Below, one piece after another: positions 39,298 through 48,494 of a stretch of DNA of 64,000 nucleotides (its first letter is position 1; every line of letters begins with the position of its first letter). The DNA lies in IMG/VR virus record IMGVR_UViG_3300025137_005045. One strand, given 5' to 3'. The notes under the pieces are model-generated. The model was not told the DNA's origin and ran no database searches. It was given only the letters and a program-made list of their open reading frames with translations. Source of the stretch: a virus (taxonomy: Duplodnaviria > Caudoviricetes). The position numbers and the translations under genes were made by a program.

Positions 39298-42200
39298 ATG
39301 GCAGTAACAAGAATAAAAAATAATCAGGTAACAGATGCAACATTGACCGGTGCTAAACTAGTCAATAACACTGTTACCGCAGGAAAGTTAGCAAACAATT
39401 TAACTTATGCCTCGAACTTAACGGTTTCGGGCAATCTTACAGTTAACGGTGCTACTAACACAATTTCCACAGTAAACACAACAATTGAAGATGCGGTTAT
39501 TGTACTTAACTCTGAAGTTACAGGTTCAAGTGGTGCAAGAGACATGGGTCTTTACGGTGAACGTGGTGACGATACATCAGTGTTTATGGGATATGATGAG
39601 TCAGCAGACATATTTGTAATGGCAACAACAGATTCAGCAGGTACAGCAACAGCAATAAACATAACAGATTATGTTGGTTTAAAAGCTGGTCCAATTACAA
39701 CAGACGACACAATTGTAGCAACAGCTAACATTACAGGTGGTAACTTGATCACTGGTGCTCAAGTAGTAGCAACAGGTAACGTAACTGGTGCTAACTTAAA
39801 CACAGCTGGAAAAATTACAGATGGTGCTTTAGTATCAAATAATGGTACAATAACAGGTGCCGTAGCAATTACAGCTTCTGGTGCAATACAAGGTGCTACA
39901 CTAACAGATGGTGCATTTTCAGTTAATTCTGGAGCGGTAACAGGTGCAACTACATTGTCAACATCAGGACTAGCAACACTAGCAACTGCTATTGTTTCAG
40001 ATCTGACTGCTGATCAAATATGTGTACCAACAACAGATGGTAGACTTGCAAGTACCAACAAACTAACATTTGACGAAACAACATTAGGTGTTACAGGTGC
40101 GGCAACAATATCAACAACATTAGGAGTAACAGGACTGTCAACACTAGCAACTGCTACAGTTTCAGATCTGACTGCTGATCAAATATGTGTACCAACAACA
40201 GGTGGTAGACTTGCAAGTACCAACAAACTAACATTTGACGAAACAACATTAGGTGTTACCGGTGCAATTACTGCATCAACAACTATTGCGGCAACAGCTA
40301 ACATTACAGGTGGTAATTTAATCACTGGTGCTCAAGTGGTAGCAACAGGTAACATAACTGGTGCTAACTTAAACACAGCGGCCAAAGTTGTTTCAGGTAG
40401 TTTAGAAACAGGTGATGTTACAATTGCTTCTAGTAAAACACTAGCATTTGGTGCTAACAAACTTACAGGAGTAGCAGATCCAGCAAATGCTCAAGATGCG
40501 GCTACTAAAGCGTATGTTGATGGTTTACTATCATCTGGCTTCACAGTATCAGATGGATCTAATACACAAACTATTGCTAACGGAAATACACTAACAGTTT
40601 CAGGAACAGCTAACGAAATTACAGCAGTAGTTTCAGCAACAGACACATTAACACTTAGTTTACCAGATGATGTTACGATTGGTGATACACTAACTGTTGC
40701 AGGTAACTTGATAGTTCAGGGTACAACAACAACAGTTAACTCATCAGTAACACAAGTTGCTGATCCAATCTTCCAACTTGGTCGTGGTGCAAGCGGTGCG
40801 GCACTTGAATCGGATGATGCAAAAGATCGTGGTATAAGTATGTTTTACTATGAAGGTTCTGAAAAAACTGCGTTTATGGGCTTTGATACAACAGCCAATA
40901 CGTTTAAATACTTCTCAGATGCAACCATTAGTAGTGAAGTTGTTTCAGGTACAATGGGTACTGCTGAGTTTGGTTCAGTAGTAGTTGATAATTTAACTCT
41001 TGATGCAAATACTATTACATCAACAAACACTAACGGTAACTTAGAACTTGCGGCCAATGGCTCAGGTAAAGTTAATCTTGCTACAGGTAACGAACTTGTT
41101 ATTGCAGATTTAGCTGATGGAAAAATAATATTTTCAAGCAGTGGTCAATTATCAACCAACTCGAATTTAGGTTTTGACGGATCAACACTGGCTGTTACAG
41201 GTGCAATTACTGCATCAACAACCATTGCGGCAACTGCTAATATTACAGGTGGTAACTTAATCACTGGAGCCCAAGTGGTAGCAACAGGTAACGTAACTGG
41301 TGCTAATTTAAACACAGCTGGAAAAGTTGTTGCTGGAACAGTTATGGATTCAGCAACCATACATACATCAGGATTAGCTACATTACATTCAGCAACTGTT
41401 GAAGATCTAACTGCTGATCAGTTACTTGTACCAACAACAGGTGGTAGATTGGCTAGTACTGACAAACTAACCTTTGACGAAACAACACTGGCTGTTACAG
41501 GTGCGGCAACGATATCAACAACACTAGGGGTCACAGGACTATCAACACTAGCAACTGCTACTGTTTCTGATCTAACAGATAACCAAGTGGTAGTAGCAAG
41601 CACAAGTGGTAGATTGGCAAACACCAACAAACTAACATTTGATGAATCAACACTGGGTGTTACAGGTGCAATTACTGCATCAACAACGATGACTGCAACA
41701 GGTAACATCGGAGGTGGCAACATAGCAGGTACACGTGGTGTATTCACAAATATAGCAGGTGCATTAGAAACAGCGGCACAACCAAATGTAACATCACTAG
41801 GCACACTAAGTGCTCTAACAGTGGACAATGTTGTTGTTAACGGTAACGACATTACAGTAAGCTCAGGTGAATTAACCTTTAACGATGCTAGTGCTGACTT
41901 CAACATACGTTTTGAAGGTAATGGTGATGCAAACTTGTTATTCTTAGATGCAGGTACAGATTCAGTTAACATTGGTACAGCAACAGCAATAACTGATGTA
42001 AAACTTAATATTGGCGCTACAACATCATTTATGCCTCCAAAAGGTACATCTGCACAACGTCCTAGTTCAGCTGTAGTCGGTATGTTACGTTTTAACACAA
42101 CCACTGACTCAATTGAACAGTATTCAAGTGCTGACGGTTGGGAATCAGTTGGTGCTGTATCGTTTACTGTTATTGCTTCACAGACATTTGACGGTGATGC

Positions 42201-42915
42201 TTCAACAGTAGCGTTTACCTTAAGTGAAGCACAAACTACTGCTTCATGTATTGTAAGTATTAACGGTGTGGTTCAATTACCAACTGATGCTTATGCAGTG
42301 TCAGGTACTACACTGACATTTACAGAAGCTCCAGCAACAGGTGACAAAGTTGAAGTACGTAAAATTACTACTACAACTACTATTACCAACTTATCATCAT
42401 CAGGTGGAGAAGCTACTGTTACAACTCAAACTTCAGAAGAAGTTGATATTAAAGGTAACTTGATGCCAACAGTAAATAACACTTACTCAATTGGTAATGC
42501 ATCAGTAGGTTGGACAACTGTTCACGCAGAAGCTACATCAGCAAAATACGCTGACTTGGCAGAGAAATATGAAGCTGACGCTGATTATACTCCAGGAACT
42601 GTTGTACACTTTGGTGGTGAGAAAGAAGTTACTGAATGTGATCAAGATCATTGTACACGAGTAGCAGGAGTTGTTTCAACAGCACCAGGTTACAGAATGA
42701 ATGATGGTTTAGAAGCTGAGCATACAGCAATGGTAGCATTAACTGGTAGAGTACCTTGTAAGGTTACTGGTCCAGTTGCCAAAGGCGATATGATGGTATC
42801 AGCAGGAAACGGTATGGCTAGAGCAGAAGCTAACCCAACATACGGTGCAGTAATTGGTAAAGCACTTGAAGTGTGGGAAGGTGGAGAAGGCGTTATTGAA
42901 GTAGTAATTAAATAA
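39298..42915 (+). CDS. Long tail-fibre-like protein with internal repeats and C-terminal autoproteolytic chaperone-like domain
   Basis: 1205 aa Thr/Ala/Gly-rich with ITGGNLIT repeats; C-terminal ATSAKYADLAEKY...GTVV...ALTGRVPCKV...IGKALE resembles the peptidase G2/IMC domain. Confidence 0.8.
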   Translation: MAVTRIKNNQVTDATLTGAKLVNNTVTAGKLANNLTYASNLTVSGNLTVNGATNTISTVNTTIEDAVIVLNSEVTGSSGARDMGLYGERGDDTSVFMGYDESADIFVMATTDSAGTATAINITDYVGLKAGPITTDDTIVATANITGGNLITGAQVVATGNVTGANLNTAGKITDGALVSNNGTITGAVAITASGAIQGATLTDGAFSVNSGAVTGATTLSTSGLATLATAIVSDLTADQICVPTTDGRLASTNKLTFDETTLGVTGAATISTTLGVTGLSTLATATVSDLTADQICVPTTGGRLASTNKLTFDETTLGVTGAITASTTIAATANITGGNLITGAQVVATGNITGANLNTAAKVVSGSLETGDVTIASSKTLAFGANKLTGVADPANAQDAATKAYVDGLLSSGFTVSDGSNTQTIANGNTLTVSGTANEITAVVSATDTLTLSLPDDVTIGDTLTVAGNLIVQGTTTTVNSSVTQVADPIFQLGRGASGAALESDDAKDRGISMFYYEGSEKTAFMGFDTTANTFKYFSDATISSEVVSGTMGTAEFGSVVVDNLTLDANTITSTNTNGNLELAANGSGKVNLATGNELVIADLADGKIIFSSSGQLSTNSNLGFDGSTLAVTGAITASTTIAATANITGGNLITGAQVVATGNVTGANLNTAGKVVAGTVMDSATIHTSGLATLHSATVEDLTADQLLVPTTGGRLASTDKLTFDETTLAVTGAATISTTLGVTGLSTLATATVSDLTDNQVVVASTSGRLANTNKLTFDESTLGVTGAITASTTMTATGNIGGGNIAGTRGVFTNIAGALETAAQPNVTSLGTLSALTVDNVVVNGNDITVSSGELTFNDASADFNIRFEGNGDANLLFLDAGTDSVNIGTATAITDVKLNIGATTSFMPPKGTSAQRPSSAVVGMLRFNTTTDSIEQYSSADGWESVGAVSFTVIASQTFDGDASTVAFTLSEAQTTASCIVSINGVVQLPTDAYAVSGTTLTFTEAPATGDKVEVRKITTTTTITNLSSSGGEATVTTQTSEEVDIKGNLMPTVNNTYSIGNASVGWTTVHAEATSAKYADLAEKYEADADYTPGTVVHFGGEKEVTECDQDHCTRVAGVVSTAPGYRMNDGLEAEHTAMVALTGRVPCKVTGPVAKGDMMVSAGNGMARAEANPTYGAVIGKALEVWEGGEGVIEVVIK
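39976..40259 (+). repeat. 119-bp near-identical direct repeats (39976-40094 and 40141-40259)
   Basis: 3 mismatches at a 165-nt period; more diverged copies near 41380-41500 and 41545-41665. Confidence 0.85.
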
Positions 42916-42939
42916 CAGCAAGCTCACAAGCAATAAACT

Positions 42940-42969
42940 AAAAAGCACTCGGAAACGGGTGCTTTTTTT
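42940..42969 (+). terminator. Rho-independent terminator
   Basis: AAAAAGCACTCG-GAAA-CGGGTGCTTTTTTT. Confidence 0.85.
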
Positions 42970-42974
42970 ATCTG

Positions 42975-42991
42975 ATAAATAGTGATAAATA
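42975..42991 (+). promoter_or_regulatory. Duplicated late promoter (GATAAATAGT x2)
   Basis: ATAAATA at 42975 and 42985. Confidence 0.65.
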
Positions 42992-43011
42992 GTTGTGGAG
43001 AACAAAAAATC

Positions 43012-43482
43012 ATGGCCAAACAAACAATTAATATCGGTGTTGCAGTAAACGACGGAACAGGAGATGCGTTACGCACATCATTTGATAAAACAAACGATAA
43101 TTTTGACGAGATATATCTCGCAGGACCAGTCGGCACTAACATAAAAGTAACAGCAAACACATTGGTCAGCACTGATACCAACGGAAATATAACAATAGAT
43201 CCCGATGGTACTGGTATTGTCACAATTAACAGTGATCTAATTATAGCAGGTACGGTCAGGGGCGATTCGAGCTCAATAATCCAGTTTGAGTCTGAGGTTG
43301 GCATTGAAAATCTAGGTGCAGGTGGAAATGAAGCTATCGTACTGGCAGATCCGATCCGCCTTCGACACTTAACATCAGCGGAAAGAGATGCACTGTCTCC
43401 CACTAATGGTTATTTAATATACAACTCCTCAACAAACAAAGTACAAGCACGTGCCGGCGGTGCATGGGTAGATCTACATTAA
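43012..43482 (+). CDS. Baseplate/fibre connector with gp9/gp10-like N-terminus
   Basis: MAKQTINIGVAVNDGTGDALRTSFDKTNDNFDEIY; ATG 43012 after GGAG is preferred over the track start at 42982. Confidence 0.7.
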   Translation: MAKQTINIGVAVNDGTGDALRTSFDKTNDNFDEIYLAGPVGTNIKVTANTLVSTDTNGNITIDPDGTGIVTINSDLIIAGTVRGDSSSIIQFESEVGIENLGAGGNEAIVLADPIRLRHLTSAERDALSPTNGYLIYNSSTNKVQARAGGAWVDLH

Positions 43483-43492
43483 GGAATATTAA

Positions 43493-45340
43493 ATGGCACT
43501 AACTAGGCCTAGAGCTCATCAATTAAGCGATTCCGACTATAAACAAAGTGTTAGAGTAGCACAATCATCAAATGTAACCCTATCTGGCGGAGCTCCAGCT
43601 ACAGTTGACGGTATTAGTGTAAGTGCTAAAGATCGTGTTTTAGTATTAGCACAAACAGATGCCTCACAAAACGGTATCTATTATGTATCAGTAGTAGGAA
43701 GTGGGTCAAACGGTACCTGGGTAAGAGCAACTGATGCAGATGACCAAGGTGATATGACATCAGGATTAACTGTTAAAGTCACAGCAGGAACAGTACACGA
43801 CGACACCACTTATAAATTAACTACAGATGATCCTATAACACTAGGATCAACAGATTTAGTATTTGCACTTGCTAGTGCATTTGCATTTGGACAAGTCAAT
43901 GCTGGAGGAACAACATTAACAGCAGATCAGGTCAATGATCTATTAACGCTAACTGCTGGAACTAATGTTGTTGTAACCGGAAATGCCGGAACAGACACAG
44001 CCACAATTGCACTTAGTACAGCTCCAACATTTACAGGTAATGTAACTGGTGGTAACTTAATTACAACGGCATTAACATCAACACAACACTTAACAGTATT
44101 AGCCAGCGGTACTGTAGAATTTAACGATAATAGATTACGTAACGTTGCAGATCCAACTTCAACTCAAGATGCGGCCACTAAAGCATATGTTGACAGTGCA
44201 TTAAGCTCAGTAGTTACTATATCTGATGGATCCAATACACAAGTACTAGCAGACGGAGACACACTAACTTTCGCCGGTACATCAAACGAAGTTGACGTTG
44301 CTGTTTCAGCAACAGATACCGTGACCATTGGTCTTCCTAACGCTATTACTATAAGTGGTAACGTAACTGGTGGTAACTTGATCACTGGTGCCCAAGTGGT
44401 AGCAACAGCTAATATTACAGGTGGTAACTTGATCACTGGTGCACAAGTGGTAGCAACAGGTAACGTAACTGGTGGTAATATAGTCACAGCGGCCAAAGCT
44501 GTTTCGGGTACTATAGAAACAGGTGCAATCAGTATCACTAATACATCATTAGACGATAGTATATTAATTACAACAACAGAAGCTTCAGCAACCGCAGGTC
44601 CTGTTTTAACTCTAAAACGTAATAGTTCGTCGGTGGCTGACGGAGACTATCTAGGACAAATAAAATTTAAAGGCGAAAATGATGCTGATGAGGAAATTGT
44701 ATATTCTAAAATTACAGGTAAAATTTTGGACGCATCAGACGGTACTGAAGACGGAATATTAGAGTTTGCATTTAAAAAAGGTGGTAGCAATAATATTTCA
44801 GCAAGATTTAGATCTGATTCTTTACAGTTAATAAATGGTACTACTCTAACGGTTAATGGTTTAATTAGCACTGCTTCAACAATAACAGCGACATCAGATA
44901 TTGAAACAACTGGCGGAGATGTTAATATTAAAGCCAGAGGAGAAACTAGATTTTATGACTCAGACAGTTCAAACTATGTGGCATTAAGAGCAGGATCTAC
45001 AGTAGCCAGCGATATAATATTTACGTTACCAACAGCAGATGGTACTTCAGGACAGGTGATACAAACAGACGGAGCCAAAAATCTATCATTTGTGACAGCT
45101 AGCGGAGGAGGGGGAGGATCATCAGGATTCTCTCAATCAACAATTACAACTCATCCAGCCGCTAGTGGCAATAAAAGTTTAGGTACTGGTGGAGATAATT
45201 CAACAGAAGAAACACCTTTTGAAGCTGGCGGGGCGGATGCGTTTGGAGTTAGTTTAGGAATAGTATACGACCAAATGGAGCCAACTGGATCAACAGTTAG
45301 TATAGATTTAGGTGATTCTGAATCACATGTTGGTGCTTAA
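43493..45340 (+). CDS. Tail-fibre-like structural protein
   Basis: 615 aa with DYKQSVRVA...DRVLV..QT...QNGIY...WVRATD and ITGGNLIT repeats. Confidence 0.75.
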   Translation: MALTRPRAHQLSDSDYKQSVRVAQSSNVTLSGGAPATVDGISVSAKDRVLVLAQTDASQNGIYYVSVVGSGSNGTWVRATDADDQGDMTSGLTVKVTAGTVHDDTTYKLTTDDPITLGSTDLVFALASAFAFGQVNAGGTTLTADQVNDLLTLTAGTNVVVTGNAGTDTATIALSTAPTFTGNVTGGNLITTALTSTQHLTVLASGTVEFNDNRLRNVADPTSTQDAATKAYVDSALSSVVTISDGSNTQVLADGDTLTFAGTSNEVDVAVSATDTVTIGLPNAITISGNVTGGNLITGAQVVATANITGGNLITGAQVVATGNVTGGNIVTAAKAVSGTIETGAISITNTSLDDSILITTTEASATAGPVLTLKRNSSSVADGDYLGQIKFKGENDADEEIVYSKITGKILDASDGTEDGILEFAFKKGGSNNISARFRSDSLQLINGTTLTVNGLISTASTITATSDIETTGGDVNIKARGETRFYDSDSSNYVALRAGSTVASDIIFTLPTADGTSGQVIQTDGAKNLSFVTASGGGGGSSGFSQSTITTHPAASGNKSLGTGGDNSTEETPFEAGGADAFGVSLGIVYDQMEPTGSTVSIDLGDSESHVGA

Positions 45341-45381
45341 TTGCAATAAATAACAATAGATTAACAAGGAAACAATAGAAA

Positions 45382-46014
45382 ATGCCTACCGTATTACAAT
45401 TTAGAAGAGGAACAACTACCCAGAACAATGCGTTCACGGGATCACTTGGTGAAGTTTCGATAGATACAGACAAAGACACGGTGGTTGTTCATGACGGCTC
45501 TACAGCAGGTGGTCATCCGCTATTAGGATACAAAGTACATGCTGATGTACTGAACGGTCGTTCAGACGGTGTTGGTAATGTTGGTAACGCAGATGTTGGA
45601 TTTAATACATTACATGCCAAAGCAACTTCAGCACAGTATGCGGATTTGGCGGAAAAATATAGTACCGACGCAATGTACGACCCAGGAACTGTGGTTGTAA
45701 TTGGTGGCGATGCTGAAGTAACTGCGTGTACATCAGTGGCTGATCATAAAGTATTAGGTATAATATCAACAGCACCAGCATATAAAATGAATCAAAATAC
45801 TCAAGGTCAAGACATTGCTCTTACAGGCAGAGTTCCTTGTAAGGTTACTGGTCCAATAGCCCGTGGCGATCTACTAGTAACATCTGATATTACAGGTCAT
45901 GCACGAGCATGGAATCCACAAAACTTTATTCCAGGTTCAGTTGTTGGCAAAGCACTAGAAGATAAAGCAGATAATAGTGCAGGTATCATTGAAGTAGCTG
46001 TAGGCAAAGTTTAA
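45382..46014 (+). CDS. Short fibre protein: Mtd-N-like head-binding domain plus chaperone-like C-terminal domain
   Basis: MPTVLQFRRGTT...GEVSIDTDKDTVVVHDGSTAGGHPL, then ATSAQYADLAEKY...VGKALE; late promoter at 45346-45352. Confidence 0.75.
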   Translation: MPTVLQFRRGTTTQNNAFTGSLGEVSIDTDKDTVVVHDGSTAGGHPLLGYKVHADVLNGRSDGVGNVGNADVGFNTLHAKATSAQYADLAEKYSTDAMYDPGTVVVIGGDAEVTACTSVADHKVLGIISTAPAYKMNQNTQGQDIALTGRVPCKVTGPIARGDLLVTSDITGHARAWNPQNFIPGSVVGKALEDKADNSAGIIEVAVGKV

Positions 46015-46015
46015 C

Positions 46016-46690
46016 ATGGAAGAACGTTATCGCTCAGACTATGAGGGCGAGTTTATTGTAACGAACTCAGTTATCCGCGGCGGCAAAAAAATTCAAGACA
46101 AAGAGTGGATTGAAAATCCTATTCAAAATCAACATATCTCCGGACGTGCAGTTTGCATAGCAGACGGAGAGTCAAGATCACATTTTCTTATAAAAAATTT
46201 AGAAGATCATAAAGGCGGGCTGTTAGGTAAGTTACGACTACAGACCTATGGTACAGGACGAGTTGCAGATGAAATTGTGTGTAATTTCTATGTATCTCGT
46301 AATACAACAATGTTAGAAAAATGTATAGAAAAAGAATACACAGTTCAAACTGTTTGTTATACTTCTACTACTAATTGTTTAAAATATCCTGGAGAGTTTT
46401 ATCTAGTACCGTACAAGTTGTTAGGTAGTGATCTACTAACAGCGGCATACATTGCATGTTTTGATGGTCACAAAGAAATATTTCTTTTAGGTTATGATTG
46501 TCTCGACGATAGAACTACCACTGATGAACTAACTGATCTTATGAATACATACAAAGGTACAAAATTTATCAGAGTTAGTAAAGGAGTAAAAATAACTCAA
46601 ACAGATATTCAAACTCCGGAAGAATGGAAATGGTGTACAAACTTTAGTGAAATGACCTATGCTGAATGGATTAGTTACTGCGACGTATAA
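46016..46690 (+). CDS. Second sialyltransferase-fold (GT42/Maf-like) protein
   Basis: AVCIADGESR...and EIFLLGYDC, a diverged paralogue of 32397-32966. Confidence 0.5.
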   Translation: MEERYRSDYEGEFIVTNSVIRGGKKIQDKEWIENPIQNQHISGRAVCIADGESRSHFLIKNLEDHKGGLLGKLRLQTYGTGRVADEIVCNFYVSRNTTMLEKCIEKEYTVQTVCYTSTTNCLKYPGEFYLVPYKLLGSDLLTAAYIACFDGHKEIFLLGYDCLDDRTTTDELTDLMNTYKGTKFIRVSKGVKITQTDIQTPEEWKWCTNFSEMTYAEWISYCDV

Positions 46691-47115
46691 AGTGCTTGCT
46701 CTACTGTTTCAACTTTCTGTTTTACCTCATCAATATTAATTGTAGACCACAAGCCTGGGTGTAACGGTTTAGGTATAATATTCTTATCGATCCAAGTATA
46801 TCCTAAATGTTCTATATTCAAATTGGGTGCAAACTCATCTGCAACCACTCCAAAAAAGGTATGATATATAAAACGATTGTCTGGTGATGTAAATTGTTCT
46901 ATAGGAATAATTTTTTCTGTTTTAGGAAACTGGCCAAGTTCTTCAACACATTCTCTTGTTAACGCATCTAATAGATTTTCGTTACCTTCAACTTTCCCAC
47001 CAGGTAATCCCCAAGTGCCTGGATGCTTGCTGTCGTTTCTCAATAGATAAAGATAGCGTTTAGTGGACTTAGCATAGAACCAAATACCGATTGCGTTTAG
47101 AGGACCAGACTCCAT
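46675..47115 (-). CDS. NUDIX hydrolase
   Basis: Nudix box GKVEGNENLLDALTRECVEELG (GX5EX7REUXEEXG). Confidence 0.9.
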   Translation of the reverse strand: MESGPLNAIGIWFYAKSTKRYLYLLRNDSKHPGTWGLPGGKVEGNENLLDALTRECVEELGQFPKTEKIIPIEQFTSPDNRFIYHTFFGVVADEFAPNLNIEHLGYTWIDKNIIPKPLHPGLWSTINIDEVKQKVETVEQALYTSQ

Positions 47116-48494
47116 TCGCCTCCCTTGTATAATCCTTGATAACTCTTAACCCACATTACTCCAGTCCACTTATATTGTATACTAGTGGTAGTATTGGTTA
47201 TAAAGTCTGTGATATCTGATGAATAATCCGGAGTGCGTTCACTGGCATTGAATGCTACAAACCATTTAGCTCCATCATACTGTATAATATCGTTTGCAGA
47301 TGCAATTACACTTCCCCATGCCGATGCAGGAGTAGTGTTGGAACTATCACCTATGGCTTCTGTTAACAAGTAACGCTGTCCAGTTGCGGCCGCAATTAAT
47401 CCGCTACCTGGACCACTGGTAGTAGGGTCAATGACAGCAGTTAATGGATCTAATGTATTTTGTGGAATAGTATCGCTATCTATAGAAAATAATAATAATC
47501 TATCATCTGTTGGATGCACTGCAACAGTACCTACAATTTCAGTAGCAACAAAATCAGATGTTAATCTAATTTGTGTGATTCCAGCTCTTAATACTCCGTA
47601 GTTGTCGATAAGTGCTGACCACAATACATTATCATCTTGTGTAGTGGATGCGTTTAAGGTTCCTTCAGCAGAATCAACACGTTCACTTCTTAATAGCTGT
47701 AGTTGATTACCTATTAGTACAACTTGATATCCAAATGGTGTAATCTTTTGTCTAGTACCTAACAATAAATCATCATTGACTAATGCTTCATTAGCATCAC
47801 CGTTTGCATCAAAAATACTTGATACTATCTTGTGTACAACTCCAAGTTTTTTAACTTTAGCTGGAGGACTTATCCATAATGGTAATTCAAATGTTAATGT
47901 AGCAATATCAATGTTATCATCAGTACCTACAGGAATTGATCTTGATGACCAATTAACATCTCCTAGTTCAACAACTGTTAAACTAGTCCAATCAATATAA
48001 TTATCTGTTGATTGTATTTCCATACTCGGATTAAACAATGCTAATAATTGTTCTAGTAGCTGTAACTTCATTGTGGTATTTGAGGTCCAGCAATCTAACT
48101 GTATACTCATATTATATGGAACTGGCATCATTCTTTCTACAGTAAATGCGTTACCCTGTGTTTTTTCAAATGATTGTGTGTTTTGGTCAAATTCTCTTTG
48201 TTTAAATGATTTTTTATCAACAAAATACGGTTCCTGAACACGTTCTCTTGCATATTTTAAATCTGTCACATGAAAGGTCATCATTGGAACATTAGGTAGT
48301 TTGTTTCTAGAATTATCTGCTATTATAGTTGCCGCCTGTCTACTAGCATCACCATATCTAATAGGTACTCTGGTTAATGTAGGAGCTCCGGTATCATCTC
48401 TCCCGTATTCAACTTGAAAGTTCGAAAACATTCGTGTAAATTGTAATAAGAAACGTCTTATCTGATCATCATAAAAAAATTGTTGTAATGCCAT
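47097..48494 (-). CDS. gp15: Tail terminator / sheath stabiliser (gp15-like) with C-terminal extension
   Basis: FFYDDQIRRFLLQFTRMFSNF...VPIRYG...MPVPYNMSIQL...LEQLLALFNPS. Confidence 0.8.
   Translation of the reverse strand: MALQQFFYDDQIRRFLLQFTRMFSNFQVEYGRDDTGAPTLTRVPIRYGDASRQAATIIADNSRNKLPNVPMMTFHVTDLKYARERVQEPYFVDKKSFKQREFDQNTQSFEKTQGNAFTVERMMPVPYNMSIQLDCWTSNTTMKLQLLEQLLALFNPSMEIQSTDNYIDWTSLTVVELGDVNWSSRSIPVGTDDNIDIATLTFELPLWISPPAKVKKLGVVHKIVSSIFDANGDANEALVNDDLLLGTRQKITPFGYQVVLIGNQLQLLRSERVDSAEGTLNASTTQDDNVLWSALIDNYGVLRAGITQIRLTSDFVATEIVGTVAVHPTDDRLLLFSIDSDTIPQNTLDPLTAVIDPTTSGPGSGLIAAATGQRYLLTEAIGDSSNTTPASAWGSVIASANDIIQYDGAKWFVAFNASERTPDYSSDITDFITNTTTSIQYKWTGVMWVKSYQGLYKGGEWSLVL

Noticed and set aside
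39298-46014. Possible diversity-generating retroelement or invertible tail-fibre cassette
   Set aside because: No reverse transcriptase or invertase in the window, the repeats are direct and in frame, and mismatches are not adenine-specific.
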